11,027 bases of DNA from UHGV virus genome UHGV-0176277. One strand, 5' to 3'. This stretch comes from a virus. The notes below the pieces were generated by a model. The model was not told the DNA's origin. It saw nothing but the letters and a program-made list of their open reading frames with translations, and searched no databases. Numbering within the stretch: position 1 is the first letter of the stretch; each line of letters opens with the position of its first letter. Made by a program: the position numbers and the translations under genes. Positions 1 through 5,963 of this stretch are shown one piece after another.

Positions 1-49
1 TTTGCCAGCAGTCCTTGTCGTGTGCTGGCGTATTTGATTTGATAGTCAT
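1..49 (-). CDS. Hypothetical nin-region protein, 5-prime fragment (N-terminus MTIKSNTPAHDKDCWQ...), continues beyond window start
   Basis: ATG at 49-47 overlaps the ninB stop (ATGA overlap, translational coupling); open to the window edge; GGAAGG-like SD inside the ninB 3-prime end. Confidence 0.4.
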   Translation of the reverse strand, partial: MTIKSNTPAHDKDCWQ

Positions 50-492
50 GCAGCCTTCCCTTTTCGTTGTGACCATTCATACTCTCGCCGGGAGTCATCA
101 CTCCACCGCACGTTGCGCTCTGAGCCGAACCAGAACATGATTTCGATAAGCTCAGTCATGCTGGCCTTTCGCATTTTGCTGGTACGCACGCCAAGCATGA
201 CAACGCCACCGTCGATACCAGGCACACTTCGTTGCTCCAGTTTTTTGGTCTTAAGCCACAGGGCAGTGAACAGGTCTTTCCAGTCTTCCGGCGCCAGCCG
301 TTGACCATGCCATAGCACCTGACGCGAAACATCGTTCAGCATCGGCCACATACGGTCATTCTGCGCTTTGCTGCGTTTGGGTTCTCTAACGTGGACTTCG
401 TGAGGTGACTTGTCGTCGATCGGAAGTGAGAGTATTGCGTCTATGGCGTTGTTTCTGATTGCTTCGTTGCGAAGCATGTATATTTGCTTCAT
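46..492 (-). CDS. ninB: NinB-family recombination protein (lambda NinB/Orf-like)
   Basis: 148-aa translation contains the NinB-type block ...QNDRMWPMLNDVSRQVLWHGQRL...WKDLF... and C-terminal RNVRWSDD...EWSQRKG; position downstream of the replication genes as in lambda; ATG with GAGG SD 5 nt upstream. Confidence 0.8.
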   Translation of the reverse strand: MKQIYMLRNEAIRNNAIDAILSLPIDDKSPHEVHVREPKRSKAQNDRMWPMLNDVSRQVLWHGQRLAPEDWKDLFTALWLKTKKLEQRSVPGIDGGVVMLGVRTSKMRKASMTELIEIMFWFGSERNVRWSDDSRREYEWSQRKGKAA

Positions 493-494
493 CG

Positions 495-701
495 TTACCT
501 CAACTCACAAAACGCCACTTTTGCTACGACAACAGGCATAACACCGATAATCACCCACAGGAAAATGCTACCGAAAAGCACACCCACCAGGTCTTTACCT
601 TCGCCTACCAACCGGACAAAACTGCTGGCAACCACAATGAATGTCGCCACCATCCACATAGCACCGAGAATCCTCAATGCAGAGAAAATTAACTCAGCCA
701 C
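495..701 (-). CDS. Small hydrophobic membrane protein (68 aa, two predicted TM helices), unknown function, at the position lambda uses for ren
   Basis: GTG start with GGGGAGAG SD about 8 nt upstream; translation MAELIFSALRILGAMWMVATFIVVASSF...IFLWVIIGVMPVVVAKVAF is almost entirely hydrophobic; stop lies 2 nt before the ninB start. Confidence 0.5.
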   Translation of the reverse strand: MAELIFSALRILGAMWMVATFIVVASSFVRLVGEGKDLVGVLFGSIFLWVIIGVMPVVVAKVAFCELR

Positions 702-715
702 GATTTACTCTCCCC

Positions 716-748
716 CAAATAAAAAGGCCTGCGATTACCAGCAGGCCT
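716..748 (-). terminator. Rho-independent terminator downstream of the helicase gene (tR2-like position)
   Basis: On the minus strand AGGCCTGC-TGGTAATC-GCAGGCCT (8-bp GC-rich stem) is followed by TTTTTATTT; it sits between the helicase stop (777) and the small membrane ORF. Confidence 0.7.
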
Positions 749-776
749 GTTATTAGCTCAGTGATGTAGATGGTCA

Positions 777-2213
777 TCAGAATCCTCCTTTCTTCTTGGA
801 CTGCGGTTCCTCGCGTTCACGTCGGCGCATTTCAGCAGACTGTTGGTCTGTGTCATAAATAGCGCCATTTGCCTGAATGCAATACACCGTACCGGTATTG
901 CCATGACGATTGAGACGAAGGATTAGTTCGGTTTCACCAGGTGGAACACTGTCACCAAAAGCGCCTTCACGATGGATCCCAACCCAATAATCGCAATCCT
1001 GTTCAATCTGCCCTGTATCTCGTGAGTCACTTGGTAATGGGCGTTTATTGGTTCGGCTTTCCAGTGCGCGGTTAAGCTGCGTCAGAAGCACAACAACGCA
1101 ATCAAGCTCTTTGGCAAGGTTCTTCAGTCCTTTGGTGATCATGCCGTAAGCAAGGTCGTTGCGATCGGCCTTCTCAGCGGTCATTAGTGTCAGGTAATCG
1201 ACCAGAATCATGCCAACACATCCTTTTTCTCGCTTGATTCGACGGCTTTCGCTGACGATTTGAGCCAGAGATAATCCCGGCGTGTCGTCGATGTAAAGCA
1301 GGTCGATTTCACTCAAGCGATTGGCTGTTTCGATCGCCCTGTTGAAGTCACCATCGTAATCACCCTGATAGCCGTCATCAGCGTCATTTGTCGCCGGAAG
1401 GTAAAAAATATTCGGGTTAACACCAGACTTCTGCCCTACCAGTTTTTCCAGTATCTGGTCACCTGGCATTTCAAGGCTGAACATAAGAGCGGGCTTTTTC
1501 TCATGCACTGCGCAGTTGATTGCCATCTGGCTGTATAGCGTCGTTTTCCCCATCTTAGGGCGAGCACCAATGACAAACAGAGAGCCTTTCACCAGACCTT
1601 TCGGTGACAGCATCCTGTCCAGCGATGGGATCCCTGTGCTCATTCCTCGTTGTTCGCCTGATGGGTCAAATCGCTTCTCAAGGTCGCTAACCCAGTCTTC
1701 CATGACCTCGCCAAATGAGCGAAGGCCGCGACGCGATCCGGTTTTTGCATGGTCTGTCAGTTGCGTGAAAATCGCCTGAATAGCTTCGTACTTCTGCGTT
1801 GCAGTCATTCCGTTGCGGGAATAGAGCAATTCCGTCGCTTCAGTCATGCGGTTGATGGCGTAGCGTTCCATTGCGGTTTCGCGAACCTGCATTGCATAGG
1901 CAACGATGTTTGCGGCGCTCGGCGTGTTCTTTGCGATCTCAGAGATATAAGCAAAACCGCCAACAGACGCCGTTAACGATTTACGCTCCAGTTCATCGAA
2001 AAGCGTCAGGCCATCTACTGGCTTTTGCTCCCGGTGCATTCTGGTTATTTCTTCGAAAAGGATTTTGTGTGGTCGGCTGTAAAATGAATCAGGCTTCAGC
2101 ATCGCCAGAACTTTCTGGACGCGCTCACTGCTGTCATCATCCAGAAGCAATCCACCAATCACCGCCTGCTCTGCCTCGATGCTATGTGGCGGCGCATAAA
2201 AATTATCGGTCAT
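777..2213 (-). CDS. Replicative DNA helicase, DnaB family (phage P22 gp12-like)
   Basis: N-terminus MTDNFYAPPHSIEAEQAVIGGLLLD matches the DnaB N-terminal signature; Walker A GARPKMGKTT; start ATG at 2213 with GAGGGTGA SD, overlapping the upstream O-like gene end (2203). The track's longer ORF (to 2267) has no support for the extra 18 codons. Confidence 0.9.
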   Translation of the reverse strand: MTDNFYAPPHSIEAEQAVIGGLLLDDDSSERVQKVLAMLKPDSFYSRPHKILFEEITRMHREQKPVDGLTLFDELERKSLTASVGGFAYISEIAKNTPSAANIVAYAMQVRETAMERYAINRMTEATELLYSRNGMTATQKYEAIQAIFTQLTDHAKTGSRRGLRSFGEVMEDWVSDLEKRFDPSGEQRGMSTGIPSLDRMLSPKGLVKGSLFVIGARPKMGKTTLYSQMAINCAVHEKKPALMFSLEMPGDQILEKLVGQKSGVNPNIFYLPATNDADDGYQGDYDGDFNRAIETANRLSEIDLLYIDDTPGLSLAQIVSESRRIKREKGCVGMILVDYLTLMTAEKADRNDLAYGMITKGLKNLAKELDCVVVLLTQLNRALESRTNKRPLPSDSRDTGQIEQDCDYWVGIHREGAFGDSVPPGETELILRLNRHGNTGTVYCIQANGAIYDTDQQSAEMRRREREEPQSKKKGGF

Positions 2214-3093
2214 CGTGTTCACCCTCACGAACTTTAAGGTAGGTATTGTCGTTAAGCAGGAAATCAAATCCCTTTTTGTGCCAGACGGTTCCGCGTTGAT
2301 GGTTTGGGCGTTCTTCGAACATCCATCGGCAATTTTCGCCTACGTAGCTCAAATAATTTCTCCAGTCCTGCATCGTGAAACCATGCCCGTCAAGCTGGCG
2401 GGTTATCACTCCGGCTTTGCGCCAGAACGTTCGGATCTGGTTTTTACGCTTGTCATTCAGTGCGCGGATTCTTGGCGCTTCAGGAAGGATTTCGTGGTAA
2501 GCATCGACAACATCCTGACAGCTAACGGAAGGTTTTTTCTTGTCAGACTTTTTGTCTGCTGTGGCACTCTCTAATACGTCAGTATTAGAGATATTATTTA
2601 TATTATTGTTTATGGACAACCGTTGGACAACCGTTGGACAATCTCCGCTGAGAGCCGCGCCATCACTGGTGTTTGCGTTGGACAACCGTTGGACAACCGT
2701 TGGACAATTTTTTGCCTGAAAATCGTCATATTTAACGATTGTAAACAGGCTAAATTTCTTCCCCATCGAGCAAATATTAAGCATCCCTTTCGACTCAAAA
2801 GTCCGTAATAAGCTCCGAACTTTGTTGTCGGGGATGAATGTTTCTCTGACCAGCGACGGGCGTCCAGTTATCATCTGACCGCGATCAACAGTTATCGGAC
2901 CGATATCCGTATTGACGACAGTAGATTCGTGATTAGCCTTGAGGATTAAGTGAAGCCAAAGATGTACTGCCTGAGAGTCCTTATAGAGCCTGCTGTCCAT
3001 AAACTGGCGGTGTATAGAGACATACCCCATACTGGATGCCTCCTGATGTTGTACAGGGTTATGCCTGTAATCAGCTAACTTAACGACGCCCAT
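2203..3093 (-). CDS. Replication initiation protein (lambda O / P22 gp18 functional analogue) with the origin embedded in its coding sequence
   Basis: Lies between cII and the helicase; coding region contains phased direct repeats that translate as repeated CPTVVQRLS; ATG at 3093 has AGGAG 6 nt upstream; an alternative start at 3030 (MGYVSIH...) has AGGAGG 8 nt upstream, so the true N-terminus is uncertain. Confidence 0.7.
   Translation of the reverse strand: MGVVKLADYRHNPVQHQEASSMGYVSIHRQFMDSRLYKDSQAVHLWLHLILKANHESTVVNTDIGPITVDRGQMITGRPSLVRETFIPDNKVRSLLRTFESKGMLNICSMGKKFSLFTIVKYDDFQAKNCPTVVQRLSNANTSDGAALSGDCPTVVQRLSINNNINNISNTDVLESATADKKSDKKKPSVSCQDVVDAYHEILPEAPRIRALNDKRKNQIRTFWRKAGVITRQLDGHGFTMQDWRNYLSYVGENCRWMFEERPNHQRGTVWHKKGFDFLLNDNTYLKVREGEHDDR
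2614..2707. repeat. Origin iterons: six copies of an 11-bp direct repeat (GGACAACCGTT) in two triplets, flanked by an AT-rich tract
   Basis: GGACAA begins at 2614, 2625, 2636 and at 2680, 2691, 2702; all six are in 11-bp register with a 44-bp GC-rich spacer; AT-rich 2582-2612 (tattagagatattatttatattattgtttat) lies on the downstream side of the O-like reading frame, as in ori-lambda. Confidence 0.75.
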
Positions 3094-3251
3094 GCTTCAC
3101 TCCTGCTTTGGCTAGTCTGTAAACACCAACAAGGCGCTCTGCGAACGCCCTGTTATTTGCTGCGGCTACCACTAATCCCTCAGGTGAATCAGGGTGTCGA
3201 ATCTCTTCTTTTTCCTGGTATTTCTTACGACGTTTTGTCATAATTACTCCT

Positions 3252-3328
3252 GTGGATTGATCCAGTAATGACCTCAGAATTCCATCTGGATTTGTTCAGA
3301 ACGCTCGGTTGCCTCCGGGCGTTTTTTA
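3252..3328 (+). ncRNA. oop: oop-like antisense RNA overlapping the 3-prime end of cII
   Basis: Sequence tgattgatccagtaatgacctcagaattccatctggatttgttcagaacgctcggttgcctccgggcgtttttt closely matches lambda oop RNA as I recall it; ends in a GC hairpin plus T6; CATAAT -10 at 3239-3244; convergent with cII (stop at 3274). Confidence 0.7.
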
Positions 3329-3567
3329 TTGGTGAGAATCGAAGCAACTTGTCGTGCCAATCGAGCCATATCGTCGTCGACGACGCCCCATTCAAGAACA
3401 GCAAGCAGCATTGAGAACTTTGGAATCCAATCCCTCTTCCACCTGCTGATCTGCGACTTATCAACTCCCACAGCTTCCGCTGTCTTCTCAGTTCCAAGCA
3501 TTGCGATTTTGTTAAGCAACGCACTCTCGATTCGTAGAGCCTCGTTGCGTTTGTTTGCACGAACCAT
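3274..3567 (-). CDS. cII: Transcriptional activator CII (97 aa)
   Basis: Translation from the internal ATG at 3567 (MVRANKRNEALRIESALLNKIAMLGTEKTAEAVGVDKSQISRWKRDWIPKFSMLLAVLEWGVVDDDMARLARQVA...ERSEQIQMEF) is essentially lambda CII; SD and leader TAAGGAAATACTTACATATG match lambda. The track's 126-aa ORF is an upstream in-frame extension. Confidence 0.95.
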   Translation of the reverse strand: MVRANKRNEALRIESALLNKIAMLGTEKTAEAVGVDKSQISRWKRDWIPKFSMLLAVLEWGVVDDDMARLARQVASILTNKKRPEATERSEQIQMEF

Positions 3568-3584
3568 ATGTAAGTATTTCCTTA
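3545..3584 (+). promoter_or_regulatory. PRE-like CII-dependent promoter (direction of cI, antisense to cro)
   Basis: TTGC-N6-TTGC CII-binding repeat at 3545-3558 (TTGCGTTTGTTTGC) straddling the cII start, with a weak -10 (AAGTAT) about 3572-3577, as in lambda PRE. Confidence 0.6.
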
Positions 3585-3587
3585 ACA

Positions 3588-3618
3588 AATAAGAAGTTAT
3601 GCGCATCAACTTATGCGC
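3588..3618 (-). terminator. tR1-like terminator hairpin between nutR and cII
   Basis: On the minus strand GCGCAT-AAGTTG-ATGCGC (perfect 6-bp stem) followed by AUAACUUCUUAUUUGUU; lambda tR1 is at the same position and is largely Rho-dependent. Confidence 0.45.
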
Positions 3619-3626
3619 GTTGTATT

Positions 3627-3669
3627 CCCGCATTTCGGCGGGAATGAGGACCATGACTGTTAAAGAGCG
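3627..3669 (-). promoter_or_regulatory. nutR (boxA + boxB) N-utilisation site
   Basis: Minus-strand boxA CGCTCTTTAACA (plus 3658-3669) begins 7 nt after the cro stop; boxB hairpin CCCGC-CGAAAT-GCGGG (plus 3627-3642); the same boxA core and boxB recur at nutL (5299-5338). Confidence 0.75.
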
Positions 3670-3675
3670 GTGTTA

Positions 3676-3870
3676 CTATTTGTTTTTCTTGTTGCTTGGG
3701 AAAGGACGAACTTCCTCTCCAATCACACTGCCATCAGGCTTTACCGTAACCATAATGTTACGACCTGCCAGAATGGCCTTGCTGATAGCGCACTGGATTA
3801 CACCAAAGTCACTGGCTGCTTTAGCCTGTCCATGGATTTTGGCGTAATCGGCAAGTGTCATTCGAATCAT
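3676..3870 (-). CDS. cro: Cro repressor (64 aa)
   Basis: [62 protein letters not shown] aligns along its length with lambda Cro; ATG at 3870 with GGAG 7 nt upstream; divergent from cI. The track's GTG start at 3876 is a short extension. Confidence 0.85.
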   Translation of the reverse strand: MIRMTLADYAKIHGQAKAASDFGVIQCAISKAILAGRNIMVTVKPDGSVIGEEVRPFPSNKKNK

Positions 3871-3892
3871 ATGCACTCTCCGTTATTAACCA

Positions 3893-3976
3893 TGAACAAA
3901 GAATACTACAGGTATTCAAAGCAATCAATACTCAGGGTATTTTTAGTTTAAGTACCTTAGCTATTAGAATTAAGCT
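3893..3976. promoter_or_regulatory. Right operator region: three operators (AATAC-N5-GTATT type) with divergent PR and PRM
   Basis: Palindromes AATACTACAGGTATT (3902-3916), AATACTCAGGGTATT (3927-3941) and a degenerate AGTACCTTAGCTATT (3951-3965), spaced 24-25 bp. PR on minus: -35 TTGATT (plus 3923-3928), 17-bp spacer, -10 TATTCT (plus 3900-3905). PRM on plus: -10 TAGAAT 3965-3970 ending 6 nt before the cI ATG, so cI is leaderless with no SD. Confidence 0.7.
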
Positions 3977-4693
3977 ATGGAAAATAAAAAATCACTGACG
4001 ACAGAACAGCTCGAAGACGCTAAGCGGCTTAAGGCTTTGTATGAGTCAAAAAAGAAAGAATTGGGAATAACCCAATACTCAATCGCTGATGAACTGGGTA
4101 TCACCCAAGGAGCGGTAGGGCATTATCTTAATGGCAGAAACGCGCTAAACGTTGAGGTTGCATCTGGTTTTGCACGGCTGTTGCAAGTCTCAATTGCTGA
4201 TTTTAGCCAGTCAATTGCTGCCAAGGTTGCAGAACAGGCAGAAAGCCTTAAGAGCGATGCCAACGTAAGGTATGCAGGGGAATACAGAGCAGGAAAGAGG
4301 TATCCGGTGTTAAGCAGTATCCAGGCTGGCTCGTGGTGTGAAGCATGCGAACCATACACCATTAAAGACATAGATGTTTGGCTTGAGTCTGACGCGCATA
4401 TTCAAGGTAATGCGTTCTGGCTTAAAGTGGAAGGTGATTCAATGACGGCACCGGTTGGGTTAAGCATTCCAGAGGGGACATTCGTTCTTTTCGATACCGG
4501 AAGGGAGGCGATCAACGGCAGCTTGGTCATAGCAAAACTTTCTGACTCTAACGAAGCAACATTCAAGAAGCTGATAATCGACGGCGGAAATAAATACCTC
4601 AAGGGACTTAATCCTGCATGGCCTCTCGTGCCAATCAATGGAAACTGCAAGATTATAGGCGTTGCAATTGAGACAAAACTAAGGCTGGTTTGA
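3977..4693 (+). CDS. cI: CI repressor (HTH N-terminal domain plus S24/LexA-type autocleaving C-terminal domain)
   Basis: N-terminus ...LTTEQLEDAKRLKALYESKKKELGITQYSIADELGITQGAVGHYLNGRNALN parallels lambda CI; Ala-Gly cleavage site in SIQAGSW; catalytic Ser in EGDSMTAP and Lys in TFKKLI. Confidence 0.95.
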   Translation: MENKKSLTTEQLEDAKRLKALYESKKKELGITQYSIADELGITQGAVGHYLNGRNALNVEVASGFARLLQVSIADFSQSIAAKVAEQAESLKSDANVRYAGEYRAGKRYPVLSSIQAGSWCEACEPYTIKDIDVWLESDAHIQGNAFWLKVEGDSMTAPVGLSIPEGTFVLFDTGREAINGSLVIAKLSDSNEATFKKLIIDGGNKYLKGLNPAWPLVPINGNCKIIGVAIETKLRLV

Positions 4694-4710
4694 TCACGCA
4701 AGGGGCGATT

Positions 4711-5079
4711 ATGGTTGGAACCGCTATAGCAAGCTTTTTTGGGATGTTGGCAATCTCGACAATTTACGGCTTAGCGCATGCTTTTATTGCGAAATCTCTA
4801 TCAGAAAAAATAAGCCAGGCTTGGGCGCATAGATCAGCTCGTTTCATGATTCTGGTGATCATAGCAATACAAGGGATATCTGCATTTATCCTCTATGGAT
4901 CAAGCTTATACCTATTGTATCAAGGCGCGACATTTACGCCTTACACCAGTGATTACGGAACTCTATACGATGGTAGTGAAGACATCACTGTGGCTTGGAT
5001 CGTCTTTGGTTTATCTATGGCCGTGTCTGTTGTAGCAGACATCATTAAGGTAATTCTCGTCTTAACCTTCGCTGACTAA
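4711..5079 (+). CDS. Integral membrane protein (122 aa, about three TM helices), unknown function, directly downstream of cI
   Basis: ATG at 4711 with AGGGG SD 5 nt upstream, 17 nt after the cI stop, same strand with no intervening promoter or terminator; hydrophobic segments VGTAIASFFGMLAISTIYGLAHAFIA, FMILVIIAIQGISAFILYGSSLYLLY, ITVAWIVFGLSMAVSVVADIIKVILVLTF. The track's TTG start at 4690 is less likely. Confidence 0.6.
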   Translation: MVGTAIASFFGMLAISTIYGLAHAFIAKSLSEKISQAWAHRSARFMILVIIAIQGISAFILYGSSLYLLYQGATFTPYTSDYGTLYDGSEDITVAWIVFGLSMAVSVVADIIKVILVLTFAD

Positions 5080-5165
5080 CCTATAATCCCGGCAGCAATA
5101 GCTATCGGGATCCACTTCACATATCCCGCATAAAAAGCACTGAACAAGCAGACACCGAAAAAATA

Positions 5166-5260
5166 AATATCCTTTGTATTCATTTGCTTATCATTATTTC
5201 ATCAAAAATAAATACCTTGGGTATTTACATAATAAAATACCTACAGTATTCTTTAGCCAT
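5166..5260 (+). promoter_or_regulatory. Left operator region with PL promoter
   Basis: Operators AATATCCTTTGTATT (5166-5180), AATACCTTGGGTATT (5211-5225), AATACCTACAGTATT (5236-5250) share the OR consensus; PL candidate -35 TTTACA (5224-5229), 17-bp spacer, -10 TATTCT (5247-5252), mirroring the PR architecture. Confidence 0.6.
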
Positions 5261-5297
5261 CAGCAGGACGCTGGAAGCCAAACGGAACAGATTGGCA

Positions 5298-5339
5298 GGC
5301 TCTTTAACATTGATGGGATTGTCCCGCCGAAATGCGGGA
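5298..5339 (+). promoter_or_regulatory. nutL (boxA + boxB) N-utilisation site
   Basis: boxA GCTCTTTAACA (5299-5309) about 40 nt downstream of the predicted PL start; boxB CCCGCCGAAATGCGGG (5323-5338), identical to the nutR boxB. Confidence 0.75.
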
Positions 5340-5652
5340 ACCAAAGAGTAGTTGGCTTTGGGGTGACGTGAAGTGCAGCTGCACGACGGCAACCGGAAGA
5401 TAAGCACCCGGCGCGTCACCGCCAAAGTCAATTCCATAGGCGTTATGCAGCCGCCACCATATTCAAGAAAGCTGCACAAGAGGTAGGAGGATTTATGTGA
5501 ATGCATAACTTCAAAACCGAGGTTAATTAAATCTCTCGATCCGAGCATCGACCTATTAGGTGGTGAGATGCTCTTTCTGCCCCTCAATTCGAGGGGCCAG
5601 AAACCACTTTGCAATCACTATCAATTCCAAAGTTGTTTCATCGGAGGTCAAC

Positions 5653-5958
5653 ATGACAGTAGTCATTACATATCTGGCTGACGATAACGCCAGAAATCGC
5701 CGCAGAGCACGCAGACAGGCTCAACGTGAACAGGCAATGCAAGAACAGCGACTGGCGCGAAAAATTGCGCTAAAGCTCTCTGGTTGCGTCAGAGCAGATA
5801 AAGCAGCATCACTCGGAAGCCTTCGCTGCAAGAAGGCAGAAGAAGTCGAGCGTAAACAGAATCGTATTTACTACCGCAAGCCACGCAGTGAAATGGGTGT
5901 GACTTGTGTTGGACGCCAGAAGCAACGCGGAAAATCAATTCCAGCTTATTACGATTGA
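5653..5958 (+). CDS. N: Antitermination protein N (101 aa)
   Basis: Arginine-rich motif NARNRRRARRQAQREQA near the N-terminus; C-terminus VERKQNRIYYRKPRSEMGVTCVGRQKQRGKSIP parallels lambda N; ATG with GGAGG SD 5 nt upstream. The track's ORF from 5560 is an upstream in-frame extension. Confidence 0.85.
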   Translation: MTVVITYLADDNARNRRRARRQAQREQAMQEQRLARKIALKLSGCVRADKAASLGSLRCKKAEEVERKQNRIYYRKPRSEMGVTCVGRQKQRGKSIPAYYD

Positions 5959-5963
5959 GGTTA

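Noticed and set aside
113-304. 63-aa plus-strand ORF inside ninB
   Set aside because: Lies fully antisense within the well-supported ninB reading frame; no SD; composition typical of an antisense frame.
459-756. Plus-strand ORFs of 77 and 90 aa (459-692, 484-756) overlapping the small membrane ORF and the terminator
   Set aside because: They overlap each other in different frames and run antisense to ninB and the 495-701 ORF; the minus-strand ORF has the better start context.
1516-2242. Three plus-strand ORFs (87, 75 and 123 aa) within the helicase gene
   Set aside because: Antisense to a DnaB-family gene with clear signature motifs; Arg/Cys/Ser-rich low-complexity translations typical of spurious antisense frames.
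2614-2707. Possible CRISPR array suggested by the short direct repeats
   Set aside because: Repeats are only 11 bp, contiguous without unique spacers of uniform length, and lie inside a coding region flanked by AT-rich DNA; they fit origin iterons, not CRISPR.
2215-2808. Plus-strand ORFs (119 and 61 aa) and a 62-aa minus ORF within the initiator gene and iteron region
   Set aside because: Overlap the O-like gene; the 61- and 62-aa ORFs are artefacts of translating the repeated iterons.
3225-3560. 111-aa minus-strand ORF
   Set aside because: Alternate frame overlapping the near-lambda-identical cII gene and the oop region.
3274-3654. Extended 126-aa version of the cII ORF starting at 3654
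   Set aside because: The extension would cover nutR and the tR1 hairpin; the internal ATG at 3567 has the lambda-identical SD and gives the canonical 97-aa CII.
3329-3951. Plus-strand ORFs (87, 82 and 93 aa) across cII, nutR and cro
   Set aside because: Antisense to cII and cro and spanning regulatory sites; no SD; this region is accounted for by the PRE transcript leader.
4123-4701. Minus-strand ORFs (82 and 99 aa) within cI
   Set aside because: Antisense to the strongly supported cI gene.
5086-5111. Hairpin ATCCCG-N14-CGGGAT just after the membrane-protein gene, considered as a terminator
   Set aside because: No U-tract follows on either strand and the loop is long; at most a weak or Rho-dependent element, so not called.
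5174-5614. 65-aa plus ORF and 129-aa minus ORF spanning OL/PL, nutL and the N leader
   Set aside because: They cover operator palindromes and nut hairpins; no SD; the 129-aa ORF is antisense to the PL leader and Cys/Arg-rich. The region is better explained as regulatory and structured RNA.
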